A DNA stretch of 64,000 nucleotides, taken from the NCBI GenBank assembly GCA_963823665.1, contig CAWGMQ010000004.1, forward strand, positions 1,376,001-1,440,000, given 5' to 3'. The notes beneath the pieces were generated by a model. The model did no database searches. It worked only from the letters and a program-made list of their open reading frames with translations, and had not been told where the DNA came from. Shown here in pieces: positions 38,681-50,600 of the stretch; position 1 is the stretch's first letter, and every line of letters begins with the position of its first letter. This stretch comes from an uncultured Planctomycetota bacterium. GTDB taxonomy: Bacteria; Planctomycetota; Planctomycetia; Isosphaerales; Isosphaeraceae. The position numbers and the translations under genes are program-made.

Positions 38681-38715
38681 CCTTCGGGCAGGGCTCGCGC
38701 GCAGGGCGCTCCAGG

Positions 38716-39795
38716 TCAATACTGCCCGAGGACCATCTCGCTGGCATTTCGAGTCGAAAGGGCCTGGTAGATCCCCATCTGCATCCCTGTCGGAATGATC
38801 GGGACACAGTTCGCGTCGCGACCGATTTGGAGTGAGTTCCAGGAACTCACGGAGTTGGCGATGAAGCGGACCGAGCCATCTCCCATCGCGAAATTGCAAC
38901 CGTTCCCATGGTAACTCGAAGCCGAGATGGCGACGATCGACCCGCCGGCGTCACACGGTCCGGGAAGAATGGTGAGATCCGCGCCGGCCAGATTCATCGG
39001 ATAGAAGGTGGACATCAAGCCGTCGCCGAAATCCGAATCAGCCCACCAGCCGCGCGTGGTAAAAGTGCACCCGCCGGACGCGTTGCAGGGAACCGGGAAA
39101 GTGATGCTCAGCTTTCCGTGGGCGCTCTCACCCAGCATGATCGTGTTGCTGAGCCCGTCCGTAACACTCGCAAATGTAACGGGGCCCTGACTGGGAGTGT
39201 TGGGGATCCAACCGGGCCCACCGATGTCGGGAAACATACCCGTTTCTGCGGCCAGAACCTGGTTATTGATCGGGTAGTACATGAATGTGCCTGCGATGCC
39301 ACGGTAGCTGGTGCATGCCGTCACAATCGTCGAGCCGTCCAGGCTGGTTCCCGTCTCGTTTAATTTCACGTTCCGCGCACCCGGATCACTCGGGCATGTC
39401 AGAAGCGCGGGACCGAGGGGAGGTACTGTGGCGTTACGAACCTGGTAGGGGCCGAGTGATTGATTGATCGCGTTGTAGACCGGCCGTTCCTCCGTGTAAG
39501 CCAACAGGGCAGCGAACTGCCCCCAGCCGTCGGAAAACTGCTGAAACGTACCGCCTGTTCCAATGTATATCTGAGAAGTACGGCCAAGCGGCAAGGATCC
39601 GAACGAGTTCTCGTAACTATGGCAAGCCAGAGCAAGCTGCTTGAGATTGTTGGTGCACTGGCTCCGCCGGGCCGCTTCCCGCGCGGCCTGAACTGCCGGC
39701 AGAAGGAGCGCAATCAAGACCGCGATGATCGCAATGACGACGAGAAGTTCAATCAATGTGAAGCCTTTGGAATCGCTTCGCAAATCTCGTTTCAT
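38716..39795 (-). CDS. DUF1559 prepilin-type N-terminal cleavage/methylation protein
   Basis: [68 protein letters not shown]. Confidence 0.95.
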   Translation of the reverse strand: MKRDLRSDSKGFTLIELLVVIAIIAVLIALLLPAVQAAREAARRSQCTNNLKQLALACHSYENSFGSLPLGRTSQIYIGTGGTFQQFSDGWGQFAALLAYTEERPVYNAINQSLGPYQVRNATVPPLGPALLTCPSDPGARNVKLNETGTSLDGSTIVTACTSYRGIAGTFMYYPINNQVLAAETGMFPDIGGPGWIPNTPSQGPVTFASVTDGLSNTIMLGESAHGKLSITFPVPCNASGGCTFTTRGWWADSDFGDGLMSTFYPMNLAGADLTILPGPCDAGGSIVAISASSYHGNGCNFAMGDGSVRFIANSVSSWNSLQIGRDANCVPIIPTGMQMGIYQALSTRNASEMVLGQY

Positions 39796-39951
39796 GTCGG
39801 GCCCTTCCGGAATGAATATGGCAGAGTCTCCGGCCCGCTCGGCCGGTTGACCCAGAATTGGATTCGGCGCACGACTCTCATTCGAGTCTAATAGGCCGGC
39901 CGCCGCCGCGGCAAGCTGAAGATCTGCAATTGCTTACGAAATGGGAACCAA

Positions 39952-40170
39952 CTATTGCTGCGGCGCCTTTTCGCGCTCCTGACGGGAGCTTATTTTCGGA
40001 TTGGGCTTGGGAGTATTGACCTTCGCCTGCTCGGCGGGCGCACCCCCTTCTGGCAGTGTCAGCTCGTTGTCACCTGAACCGCAGCCCGCTGCGGTGATGA
40101 ACCCGACCAATACGGCAACCAGAGCCGATCGACGACAACTTTCGGACAGCCACGGCATGCATCTCATCAA
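39952..40170 (-). CDS. Small predicted lipoprotein
   Basis: Hydrophobic stretch plus AAGC lipobox; next to the DUF1559 gene. Confidence 0.55.
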   Translation of the reverse strand: MMRCMPWLSESCRRSALVAVLVGFITAAGCGSGDNELTLPEGGAPAEQAKVNTPKPNPKISSRQEREKAPQQ

Positions 40171-40390
40171 CGATCTTGATCTCCGTGTAAAGACCGGGAG
40201 TTCTTATCGAAAGTCGAGTGGTCGCCACCGCTTTCTCGAATGCAGTCGAACATTCACCTGTCTCAAGATTGTCACACCGATGGCCGGGCTTTTCCAGGAG
40301 GCTCTCGAGTCGACGATCGCGAATTCCACCTGCTCGTGAGCCCGGTTGCACCACGGCTCTTTCCGATACCCCACTCGGGTACCGCCCTGC

Positions 40391-41422
40391 TCACACCGTT
40401 TGAACCAAGGACTTCATCTTCTCCAGACCCGTCTGAATGACGGCGAGCGGGTCTTGACTCCAGAGCTTGCGATTGAATAGCTCGAGCGAAAGCGTGACGT
40501 GGAAACCGCCTGAAGCAAGGTTTCGCAGCAACTGCTTCAGTGGTGCGACCCCGTCCCCGGGGTAGACCCTGTCGGCGTCGGTCGCCTTTTCACGCGGCGG
40601 ATCGGCCGGGTAATCGTTGAAATGAAAGACGTGGATCGATTCACGCCCGAGAAGTGTGATCCCATCAAACCCCGACCCGCCACGATACAGGTGATAGACA
40701 TCCGGTAGGATGCACGCTTTGGGATGATGCGACTCGAGCGCCACCTGTGCGGCCTCGCCCAGCCGGCTCAACGTCTTGGAGCCCCCCCAGACCTCGACCT
40801 GGGGAACAACACCACACTGGTCGCCCAGCTCGAGCAAGGTCCGATATCGCTCGGCGATCGGCAGCATGTCGGCCATCCGCCGATCGGTAGCGCCCACCGG
40901 CGGCGCAGCCAGGCGCTTGCCGCCGATCTTGCTCACCAGGTCCATCGCGCGACGGGCAGCCTCAAACCCCTTGCGCCGGCGTTCCGGATCATCGACCACC
41001 CAATCGAAAAAGCCGATCGCGCTCTCGACGGTGATGCCGGCATCCCGGAACCGCTTCGCGAGGTCGTCAAGCGACCCACCCGACTGCGCATACCGCTCGA
41101 GCTCGTCGATCCACGGTTCCATCGCGTGGTAGCCTGCCTTCTTCGCCAGCTCGATCTCCTCGACGATCGAGAGCTTTTGTCCGCGAATGGTGCTGGTATT
41201 GAGCCCGAGCAGGAACTGGCCCTTGTTGATCGAGGCCGCCGCATCACCCTGGCCGGACCCGGAGCCACCCACCGACGCGTGTACGCCGGCCCCACGCACA
41301 GTTCCCCCGGCCACAAGCCCCGCGACTCCACCGACAATCAATTCCCGCCGCTTGAGGTCACATCTCACGTCGCCATCCTCCCGCTCTGGTGTCTCAAGGA
41401 ACCGCCAATGCTCTCGACACAT
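40391..41422 (-). CDS. Sugar phosphate isomerase/epimerase (xylose isomerase-like TIM barrel) with Tat-like signal
   Basis: KRRELI, LNTSTIRG, LPDVYHLY, HFNDYP, RVYPGDG, LSLELFN. Start may be slightly downstream. Confidence 0.85.
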   Translation of the reverse strand: MCREHWRFLETPEREDGDVRCDLKRRELIVGGVAGLVAGGTVRGAGVHASVGGSGSGQGDAAASINKGQFLLGLNTSTIRGQKLSIVEEIELAKKAGYHAMEPWIDELERYAQSGGSLDDLAKRFRDAGITVESAIGFFDWVVDDPERRRKGFEAARRAMDLVSKIGGKRLAAPPVGATDRRMADMLPIAERYRTLLELGDQCGVVPQVEVWGGSKTLSRLGEAAQVALESHHPKACILPDVYHLYRGGSGFDGITLLGRESIHVFHFNDYPADPPREKATDADRVYPGDGVAPLKQLLRNLASGGFHVTLSLELFNRKLWSQDPLAVIQTGLEKMKSLVQTV

Positions 41423-41476
41423 AAGTTATTATCAGCATTAACTTATCAGCGTTCGGCGCGGCTTGCAACTGACTAT

Positions 41477-42901
41477 TTACGAGTACTCCATGTCATTCCG
41501 AAGCGCCCGCCGGGCTTCCTCGTGAATCGCCTGCATCCGCCCGCGGATCAGCTCGGTGACGAGCTTCGGATCCAGCCCGGCCATCTCGCTCGGCATGATC
41601 GGCGGCCCGTAGTGAATCCTCACCGGATGCGGCACCGGAACGGGCCGTGACCGCGGCCAGCTCTCGTGCAATCCTGCGACCGCGGCCGGAACCACCGGTA
41701 CTCCCACCCGCGCCGCCAGAACCGCGATTCCAGGCTTGAGCGGCCCGAGCTCGCCGTCAGGGCTGCGCGTTCCCTCCGGAAACAGCGTCACGATCCCGCC
41801 GGCCTTGAGCCGCTTGAGCGTCTCCTTCATGCCCGAGGCGCCAATTCCTTCGCGCTGGATGGGAAACCCGCCGACCGAGCGGATGAGCATTCCCAGAACC
41901 GGTAAGAACAACGTCGATCGCGCCACATAATTGAGCGGCCTGCGCAGCGGGATCCCCACAAAAAAGACATCCAGAAAGCTCACGTGATTGCAAACGAGAA
42001 GCACGCCCCCCGCAGCAGGAATATGACCCTGCCCGTTCGCTCGCCAGCGCATGACGCAGAGAGCCAGGCTCGAACAGACGCACTGAACGATCCGGTACCA
42101 GATCAAGCTCCCGCGCGAACGGTCGCGGCGTATCGGCTCCTCCCGCGGCCCTTGCTCTCGCGCCGGCGCGGCAGCCGACACGACCGGCGGGCGCTCGCCG
42201 ACCGCTTCCGGTGCATCGCCCCCTCGTTCTTGTCGCAGGCCCTCGTCTGGCCCTCTGCTCTGCACGTCGGCCGCCAGCCGTTCCACGACTTTTTCGATGC
42301 TCAACCCCGTCGAGTCCACGACAATCGCGTCGTCCGCGGGTTTCATCGGGGCGATCGCCCGGTCCGCATCGCGAGCGTCTCTCGCACGGATCTCTTCCAG
42401 CACGGCTTCGAAACCCAGTGCTTCCTGCCTCTGTGCATAATCAACCAGCCGGCGGCGAGCCCGCTCTTCCTCGCTGGCAGTCAAGAAGTACTTGCGAAAC
42501 GCGTCCGGAAAAACCAGCGTCCCCTGATCCCGACCTTCAGTCACCACGTTCTCCGTCGCGGCGAACTCCCGTTGCCACGCCGTCAGCCGCCTGCGCACGC
42601 TCGGACTATCGGCGATGAACCGTGACGACTCTGTGACCGCCGAGCCGCGAATCAGTTCCGTCACATCTTCGGAGCCCAGGACGACTTTTCCGGGCGGCAT
42701 CCGCACTTCGAGGTTCTCAACCAGCGAGCAAAGGTCCGATTCACTCGCGAGGTCGACATTCGCGCGAAGCGCCGCCAGCGTGACGGCACGGTACATCGCG
42801 CCGGTATCGAGGAAGCGCCAGCCCAGTCGATCGGCTAACTTCCGCGCAACGGTGCTTTTGCCGGCGCCGGCCGGTCCGTCGATCGTGACGACGCGGTACA
42901 T
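41477..42901 (-). CDS. cmk: Cytidylate kinase fused to 1-acyl-sn-glycerol-3-phosphate acyltransferase
   Basis: IDGPAGAGKST, LDTGAMYR, EGRDQG; then NHVSFLD and FPEGTRS in the same frame. Confidence 0.9.
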   Translation of the reverse strand: MYRVVTIDGPAGAGKSTVARKLADRLGWRFLDTGAMYRAVTLAALRANVDLASESDLCSLVENLEVRMPPGKVVLGSEDVTELIRGSAVTESSRFIADSPSVRRRLTAWQREFAATENVVTEGRDQGTLVFPDAFRKYFLTASEEERARRRLVDYAQRQEALGFEAVLEEIRARDARDADRAIAPMKPADDAIVVDSTGLSIEKVVERLAADVQSRGPDEGLRQERGGDAPEAVGERPPVVSAAAPAREQGPREEPIRRDRSRGSLIWYRIVQCVCSSLALCVMRWRANGQGHIPAAGGVLLVCNHVSFLDVFFVGIPLRRPLNYVARSTLFLPVLGMLIRSVGGFPIQREGIGASGMKETLKRLKAGGIVTLFPEGTRSPDGELGPLKPGIAVLAARVGVPVVPAAVAGLHESWPRSRPVPVPHPVRIHYGPPIMPSEMAGLDPKLVTELIRGRMQAIHEEARRALRNDMEYS

Positions 42902-42928
42902 GAGGTTGGTTGTCTGAAGGCCGAACGC

Positions 42929-43384
42929 CTACTCGACGATCTCTTGAAGTTTGCGACTGGGGTGCAGGGGCTGTCTACCGGCGTAACCGGCATCGAGGTC
43001 GTGCCAGAACGACACCTCGGGCTCACCGAGGCGCCAGCACAGAAAAACTTCGCGTCCATCCATCATCGAATAGAAATCGCACAGGCCATCTGGCCCTTTG
43101 TATTCCACGCCCAGCTTCCTCAATTCCTCGAAATAGGCGACGAGCTTCCTGTTTTCTGCATCGAGCTCGGCCTGGAACTGGGCGATCTCCTCCGCATACA
43201 GGTCGTTCGACGGGCGGCTCCGTTCCTTCGTCAGCGTCGAAAGCCGCTGCTGCAATTCCTCAACGATCCTATCCTGGCGCACAATATCGCTGACGATCAT
43301 CTTGACCAGCGGCAAGGCTTTGTTGGCCTCCTCGACAGTGTAGTACTTCCGTTTCTTCCCCGCGGACGGCTTGGCTGGGGCCAT
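42929..43384 (-). CDS. DUF2203 family protein
   Basis: YTVEEANKALPLV, GLCDFY, VFLCWRLGEPEVSFWH, GYAGRQPL. Confidence 0.85.
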   Translation of the reverse strand: MAPAKPSAGKKRKYYTVEEANKALPLVKMIVSDIVRQDRIVEELQQRLSTLTKERSRPSNDLYAEEIAQFQAELDAENRKLVAYFEELRKLGVEYKGPDGLCDFYSMMDGREVFLCWRLGEPEVSFWHDLDAGYAGRQPLHPSRKLQEIVE

Positions 43385-43686
43385 ATTTTTTCCCCTGGAA
43401 ATTCGATGAGTGCGATCAATCCGACAAGATTCCCTCCTGGAAAACGAACAACCCCCCTCCTGGCTGCACGCTAGTCCGAACCGACTTTCCGTTCAAGACC
43501 ACCGCACCCGGATTGTCGTCATAGCCGCATTTTACATCCCAGAACAGTCAGACGGCGGAATCGTTCCGCGGGGATGAGGGCGAGAATGATCCACGCACTC
43601 ATCCCTGTTCGCTCATAGTTATTATAGGATGCCGCCGACCCCCCGCAAGTGCTGGTCCGTGTCACGGCTCGGAACTATCGACTCGA

Positions 43687-45417
43687 TCACGGGCTGCGGT
43701 GACGTGATTTCGCAACTTGCCGCGTCATGGTTGCAAGCGGAACGGTGTTCCAGACATCGCCCTTCGTCAGCCAGCCGCGGCGAGCGACGGTCACTCCATA
43801 TTCTAGATCGTCCAAACCCCCGGTCGAATGTGCGTCCGGATTAATTACAATCATCACCCCCTTCTGCCGCGCCCGGCGGCAGTGAGCCGCATCCAGGTCC
43901 AGCCGGTGCGGATTGGCGTTGATTTCGATCATCGTTCCGGCGGACGCGGCCGCATCGATCACCGCGTCAAGATCCACGTCATAACCATCCCGCGCCAGCA
44001 AAAGCCGCCCGGTCGGGTGCCCCAGCATCGTCACGCGTGGGTTCGACGCCGCACGCACCAGCCTCCGCGTCATCGCGTCACGCGCAAGCCCGAAACTCGA
44101 ATGGACACTCGCGACAACATAATCGAACCCCTCGAGCAGTTCGTCCGGGTAATCGAGCGAGCCATCCGGCAGAATGTCGCACTCTGTCCCCTTGAAAAGG
44201 TGAAACTTCCCTCCAAAGGATCGATTGAGCTGGTCGATCGCCTCCCATTGCTCACGTACCCGCTCGATCGAAAGCCCCCCCGCATAGGCCGCCGACCGCG
44301 AATGATCGGCGATTCCCAGGTACTGCATTCCCCGTTCTCTTGCCGCTAGAGCCATCTCCTCGAGCGTCGCCGCTCCGTCGCTCCAGTCGCTATGACAGTG
44401 AAACGTACCCGTCAGATCGCCGAACCCGATTAACTCCGGCAGCTTACCTGCTTCGGCCGCCTCCATCTCACCGCTGTCCTCCCGTAGCTCCGGCGGAATG
44501 TCGTCAAGCCCAAGCGCCTTGAAAACGTCAGCTTCGGTCTTGCACCGAACGTCGCCCTTCTCTCCGGAAAGCGCATACTCATTCAGAGAAAGCCCGCGTG
44601 CGATCGCCCGCTTCCGCATCGCAATGTTGTGTGCCTTCGAGCCGGTGAAGTAATGCAGCGCAAACGGAAACTGTGCGTCCGTTACCCCCCGCAAATCGCA
44701 CTGCACTCCCTCAGCCAGCCGCACGCTTGCCTTCGTGGGCCCATGCGCCAGCACCGTCGCCACCTGGGGCAGCTTCACGAAGGCGTCAAGAACGACTGGA
44801 ACCTTCTCCGAGCTGATCAGGATGTCCAGATCCCCGATCGTCTCCGCCCGCCGCCGCAAACTCCCGCACACCTCGATGCGGATCACGTCGGCGTGACTTT
44901 TCAACCGCTCCACGATCGGCCCCACCAATCGCCGAGCCGTGCTCTGCAAGATCCGCTCGCCCGCCTTCTCCACGAATTCAATCCCGGCGACGATATTTGC
45001 CTGGGTCTTCTCGCCGAATCCTTTCATCTTGGCAATTTTCCCGGACTCGGCCGCCGCCCGCAGGTCCGCCAGGCTGTCAATCTTGAGCTCGTCGTGCAAG
45101 GTCTTGATCTTCTTCGGTCCTAATCCGGGAATGCGCAGCAGCGCCACGAGTCCTGCCGGCATGCTTCGCTTCAGCTCGTCATACGACGCAAGTTGTCCCG
45201 TCGTCGCGAGCTGAACGATCTTGGAATACATCGTCTCGCCAATGCCGGCAACCTCTTTCAAGCTCCCGTCCGCGATCATGTCGCGCAAGTCGGCGGGCAG
45301 ATTCCCGAGCGACTGTGCCGCCGTATGGTAAGCCCGGCAACGAAACGGATTCTCACCCTTGATCTCCAGCAGTGTCCCCATCTCATCGATGATCTGGGCA
45401 ATTCGTGCGGTTTCCAT
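43687..45417 (-). CDS. polX: DNA polymerase X with PHP 3'-5' exonuclease domain
   Basis: GENPFR, GSLRR, GDLDIL, FTGSKAHN, HCHSDWSDG, GHPTGR, EINANPHRLD, PDAH. Confidence 0.95.
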   Translation of the reverse strand: METARIAQIIDEMGTLLEIKGENPFRCRAYHTAAQSLGNLPADLRDMIADGSLKEVAGIGETMYSKIVQLATTGQLASYDELKRSMPAGLVALLRIPGLGPKKIKTLHDELKIDSLADLRAAAESGKIAKMKGFGEKTQANIVAGIEFVEKAGERILQSTARRLVGPIVERLKSHADVIRIEVCGSLRRRAETIGDLDILISSEKVPVVLDAFVKLPQVATVLAHGPTKASVRLAEGVQCDLRGVTDAQFPFALHYFTGSKAHNIAMRKRAIARGLSLNEYALSGEKGDVRCKTEADVFKALGLDDIPPELREDSGEMEAAEAGKLPELIGFGDLTGTFHCHSDWSDGAATLEEMALAARERGMQYLGIADHSRSAAYAGGLSIERVREQWEAIDQLNRSFGGKFHLFKGTECDILPDGSLDYPDELLEGFDYVVASVHSSFGLARDAMTRRLVRAASNPRVTMLGHPTGRLLLARDGYDVDLDAVIDAAASAGTMIEINANPHRLDLDAAHCRRARQKGVMIVINPDAHSTGGLDDLEYGVTVARRGWLTKGDVWNTVPLATMTRQVAKSRHRSP

Positions 45418-45438
45418 CGGGCGTCCCCTCTCGGCTCC

Positions 45439-46775
45439 TCACCTCGATTTCGGCGGACGCGGCGTCATTCCCAGCAGCGTCTGCGGCGTCTGATACTGAA
45501 TCTCGCGCACATAGGCCATGGCCTGCTGGTGGTTCAGATGTCCCAGCTCGATCCGCTGGGCCAGCACGTTCGCCATCACCTTGCGCCGATCACAACCTTG
45601 GCATAAGACCACTCGACGCAATACGCGTCAGAGAAGAACCCGATCTGTTTGTTCGCCGGTACCATCTCGAGCCGCTCGTGCATCACCTGTGCAATTGTCG
45701 ACGGAAAAAAGTTATGCCACCAGTAACCGGCCAGGCTCAAGTTCGGCAGCTCGCGCACCAGCGTGCACATCGAATGGTTGGCGTGGCGAGAACCAAGGAA
45801 GCACTGAAATTTCAGCTTGGGATGCCGCCCGATCATCTCCGCGACCTGCCCGATGGTGCGCTGCGAAAGCCGGCTCGCAGTCTCGAACGGAAGCGGCTCG
45901 GCCCCGAAGCTGAACTGAAAGATCAGTTGCTCGCCGCGTGCTTCGAGCATGGTCAGGAAGAGCTCGTTCACATAAGACGCGTAACAGTCCCGCTCGGCCG
46001 GCCCCGCGTGACTGCGCCGCTTGATCGCAGCCGTCATCTCGGCATCGCTCACGATGCGATAGTCGATGTCGGTTGAGAGGTGGGTCGCCGTGGCGATGAT
46101 GCGATCGTACGGAATGCTTTCGACATAGTGCTTGACCGCCTGGTGCACGTCATCAAGGCACTTGATCGTGTGCTCGGTGGCCGGTCTCGGGCCTGCTCCG
46201 ATCGGAGCCGGGCTCTCGGGCGTTTTCCCCCAGCAACGTTCCAGCTCGTAGAGCGCTGTATCGAATTCGCCCCACTGGCAGCGCGTGAAGAATCCCCATT
46301 CGAGGGAGTATTGCAAGCGGCTGTCGTCCGATCCATTCCCGCGCCGGGCAAGCTCGGTGCCCGTGCGCTCGATACCTGCCCGGTCCAGTACCTGGGTTGC
46401 CCATGATCGATCGTCGGCCCGCTCGCGAATCATCGCATCGAGCTTCTTCCAGTTCGACTGGTCCAGCGGTGCCGACCATCCGTAGTGGTGGCGGAGAATG
46501 ATCCGCAAGCCCCAGTAAGAGGACGTGTTCTGGATGAACGGCAAGTAAGGCAGGGCCTCTTCGATCCGCGCTGTGGCTTCGGCGCGCGACGGCCAGCCGG
46601 GAAACTGGGTCAGCCGCGCTCCGTTCGGGCAGCCCGCGGCGTAGAGATCGCTGACGACCATGTGGTAGAGCAACAAGTCGTGCAGCCCTCGCGCAGCCAG
46701 CTTCCCGCCGACCAAGTGCGTGTGCACATCCAGAATCGGAATCTCAGCCAGCGACCGTTCCAGTTCGAGACTCAT
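45439..46775 (-). CDS. Uronate-isomerase-like amidohydrolase-superfamily protein; frameshift ~45590
   Basis: ILDVHTHL, LLYHMV, LAGYWWHNF, GFFSDAYCVEWSYAK / RKVMANVLAQRIELG. Confidence 0.7.
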
Positions 46776-47012
46776 GACCCCCTCCAGCGAGGAAGCGCAC
46801 AACGCGCGGATGAAAGCACAAATCGCAGCGCATTCTACTCGCTGAGCGGATGCCGCAAAACGACTTAGTGATTTGAGCGGTCCCAAGCCGATCATTCGAG
46901 CCGAGCCAGATCCCACCATCCCGCCGCAATCCAACACTTCCCCCAACCAGGCCCGAGCATTACGATTAGATCGATAGGCCACCGCCCAGAACCCGTTCCG
47001 AGCCCCCTATCC

Positions 47013-47615
47013 ATGCCCGACGCAGTTGACCAAACACCACGCGACGTCTCGGCACTCTTCGATCGCTACCAAGAGCGATTGAGACGCACCGTGCGGCTCC
47101 GCCTGGACGCGCGCTTGGCTGGCATTGTTGATTCCTCGGGCGTTCTCAAACTGGCGCGTGAAGAAGCCGACCATCGCATGGCCGGGCTCGCTGAAAAATC
47201 CGCCGCCTCGTTCCTCTGGCTCCGGCAAATCGTCGGCGAAGTGCTGCTGAAAGTCCATAAAGAACGACTGGGCCCGGACTTTCGCGGCGATATCTCCCTC
47301 TACCGTGGTGCACTCCCCGAAGCCACCTCGACCTCGCTCGCCGCCCATCTTCTGGGCAAGACCGGCGGCGCCGACGACCTGGCCGCCGCCCGCGCCGAGC
47401 AAAAACTCCTGCTCCAGGAAACACTCAACGCCATGGACCCGATCGATCGTGAAGTTCTCACATTGCGCCACTGCGAACAGCTCTCCAACGACGAAGCCGC
47501 CGCCGTCCTGGAAATCTCGACCGCGCAGGCAAGCGAAGCTTACATCCGCGCCCTCAAGCGCGTGAGCCTGATCATGGCGTCATTGCCTGCTTTCAAGAGC
47601 AAGCGCCTGAACTGA
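47013..47615 (+). CDS. ECF sigma-70 factor, planctomycete kinase-associated type
   Basis: LFDRYQERLRRTVRLRLD, FLWLRQI, ATSTSLAAHLLG, MDPIDREVLTLRHCEQLSNDEAAAVL. Confidence 0.88.
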   Translation: MPDAVDQTPRDVSALFDRYQERLRRTVRLRLDARLAGIVDSSGVLKLAREEADHRMAGLAEKSAASFLWLRQIVGEVLLKVHKERLGPDFRGDISLYRGALPEATSTSLAAHLLGKTGGADDLAAARAEQKLLLQETLNAMDPIDREVLTLRHCEQLSNDEAAAVLEISTAQASEAYIRALKRVSLIMASLPAFKSKRLN

Positions 47616-47627
47616 AAAGGATCGACC

Positions 47628-50600
47628 ATGCCGGATGGTGGAACAGACCGCAATCCCGTCGAGCTCCTTTCGGAGGAATTCCTCGATCGCATCCGCCGCG
47701 GCGAGGCGGTCACACCCGAGGACTACGCCGAGCAGCACCCCGATCTGGCCGACGAGATCCTCGCGCTCTTTCCAGCTCTCTTGATGATGGAAGACCTGGG
47801 CGGCGAGACCGGCGACCTCACCGCCTCGTTCGGCTCATCCTCCCCGGCGCAATCGCCGGCGCAACCGCCGGTCATCTGGGAGAGTTCCGCTTGCTGCGCG
47901 AGGTCGGACGCGGCGGCATGGGCGTCGTGTACGAAGCCGAGCAAGAATCTCTGGGCCGCCGCGTCGCACTCAAGATCCTCCCCTCCGGTGCCCTCAGTGA
48001 CTCGAAGCAAGTCCGCCGTTTCGAGCGCGAGGCCCGCTCGGCCGCTCGGCTGCATCACACCAACATCGTCCCGGTCTTCGGCGTCGGCGAATGCGAAGGC
48101 ATTCATTTTTATGTCATGCAGTTCATCCAGGGCCAGGGTTTGAACGCCGTTCTGGATGAGCTCAAACGGCTGCGCGACGCTCGCGTTGCCACCCCCGCCC
48201 GTGCCTCGACCACCCGCCACGCCCAGGCGAGCCCAGCCGCGGCCGAGATCGCCAACTCGCTCGTCACCGGGCGATTCGCGGCCAGCACCGGCACGGCAAC
48301 CACGCCAACCGGCGAGACCCCCGGGCCCTCCTGGATCGGTCCACCCGTGCCCCCCAAAACAGCGGCCGGGCAGCTCGACGCATCCTCTCCAAGTGTCACG
48401 GCGACATCGAGCGTCTCAACCCTGTCGGAAACCGACCGCCGCTACTTCCAGGGCGTCACGAAGATCGGCCTCCAGGTCGCCGAAGCGCTCGCTTATGCCC
48501 ACGGTCAGGGAGTCCTGCATCGCGATATCAAGCCGTCGAATCTGCTGCTCGATCGAGACGGCAACGTTTGGGTTACCGACTTCGGTCTTGCCAAGGCCAC
48601 CGGGTCCGACGATCTGACGCATACCGGCGACGTGATTGGCACCGTGCGCTACATGGCCCCCGAGCGGTTCCGCGGCGAGAGCGACGCGCGATCTGATCTT
48701 TACGCACTCGGGCTCACGCTCTACGAGATGCTGGCCTTGCGCCCTGCACTTGACGAAGCCGACCACGCCAGCTTGATGCGCCAGGTGACGCAGGTCGAGC
48801 CGCCTCGACTCAAGCGATTGAACGCCCGCGTGCCACGCGACCTCGAGACAATCATTCATAAGGGCATCGCGCGAGAGCCCGCCCAGCGGTACCCCTCCTC
48901 GGCCGCGATGGCCGACGATCTGCGCCGGTTCCTGGAGGGACGCCCGATCCTGGCGCGCCAGGTTTCCCCAGCCGAGCGTGCCTATCGCTGGTGTCGCCGG
49001 AATCCGATCGTCGCCGCGCTGCTTGCGATCGTCTCGGGTCTGGTCGCCGCCGGGTTCGTCGCCGCGGTCGCCGCGGCGGTCTATTTTCGACAAACCGCAG
49101 CGAGCGAGAGCGCCGCGCGGCGCGATGCCGACCTCGCCCGCGCTCAAGCCGATCGAGCGCGCGAACAGGCCGTCGCCTCAAGCGCCGAGGCAGAAACCCG
49201 GCGGAAGGAGGCTGAAGCCAGCACGGCGGCCGCCATCCAGAAACAGCAGGAAGCCCTCGCCAGCTTCGCGCTGGCGCAATGCCGTCGACGATTCCTTCAC
49301 GAAAGTCAGTGAAACCGCACTCCTCAATGTTCCAGGCGTGCGGCCCCTTCGCCGTGACTTGCTCGAATCGGCGCTTGCATTCTACGAAGAGTTTCTCAAG
49401 CGCCGCGGCGACGACCCCAGCATCCTCGCCGATCTCGCCGCGACCCAGTTCCGCGTCGGCATGATCCTTGCCGAGCTCGGCGATGACGCCAAGGCACGCA
49501 CCACTCTTCGCAAAGCTGCTGCGCTTTACGATCAGGCCCTCGCCGCCAGGCCCGGCGATGTCGAGATGCTCGAACGCCAGGCAGAGGCCTGGCACCGGCT
49601 TGGTGACCTCGACTATCGAACCGATCCGGCAACAGCCGGCGCAGCCTACAAGAAGGCGGTCGCAATCCGCGAGCAGCTCGCCAAAGACCATCCCCAGGAC
49701 CCGCGGTTTCGGATGGCTCTCTCTCGATCTTTGAACGGCGTGGGGCTATGCGCCAGTCGAGGCCCGGCTGCACTTCCGGCCTACCGTCGCTCGCTCGAAC
49801 TGCGGTTGAAGCTCGCCGAGGAGATTCCCGGCGACGCCGATCTGCTCCACGGCTTGGGCGAGTCGTTCCACAATCTCGGCGCCCAGCTCATGACCTCCCC
49901 GGAACACGCGCTCGAGCTCTTCAAACGATCGATCGATTACTGTCAGGCGGCCCTCGACCGGCGGCCCCACGACCTCGAGTTCGCAGGGGATCTCGGAGCT
50001 TCGTATTCAAGCGCCGCGAATCTCTGCTGGTTCCAGGACCGCCGCGATGAAGCTTTGGCATTGTACGCCGATCAGGTTGCGCTTTATCGCAGGCTCGCGA
50101 GTGAAAACCCGGACGTCCCCCTTTACCGAATGCTTTTGGTACAAGGAATGTTCACGAATGCGCGATACTTGAGTCAGGCGGGCCAAACCGAGAACGCGAT
50201 GTCGCTGTTCCGCGAGCTCGCCGAATCAGTCGAATCCCAGCCCGAGTCGGCGGCAGCCACCTATCACTTTGCCATAGCGTCCCACATGCTCATCGCCGAA
50301 ATTCTCCTCGGCGACCACGCCGACTCGGATATCGATTTCTGGCCCGAACCCGCCCGTCATGAGGCAGACCTGGCCGTGGCCGACTTGAGAAAGTCGATCG
50401 ATCGCGGCTTTCACAACGCCGCCGTGCTGCGCCCTTCCCTTGAACAAAGCGCTCATGAAACGAGCCGATTTCCGCGCTCTTGTCGCCGAGATGGATGCCC
50501 AGCCAAACCGTCGGTGGCCCAGCAGCCCGCAGACACCCCGCACAAGCCACCCTTGAGTTCCCCACTAGACCACCCCGGCAGGCTCGAAGAGGATCAATTC

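Noticed and set aside
43552..43605. Two adjacent hairpins (GCGGAA/TTCCGC and GGGATGAG..CTCATCCC) as ncRNA or terminator
   Set aside because: No U-tract and no recognisable RNA family; single copy, so insufficient support.
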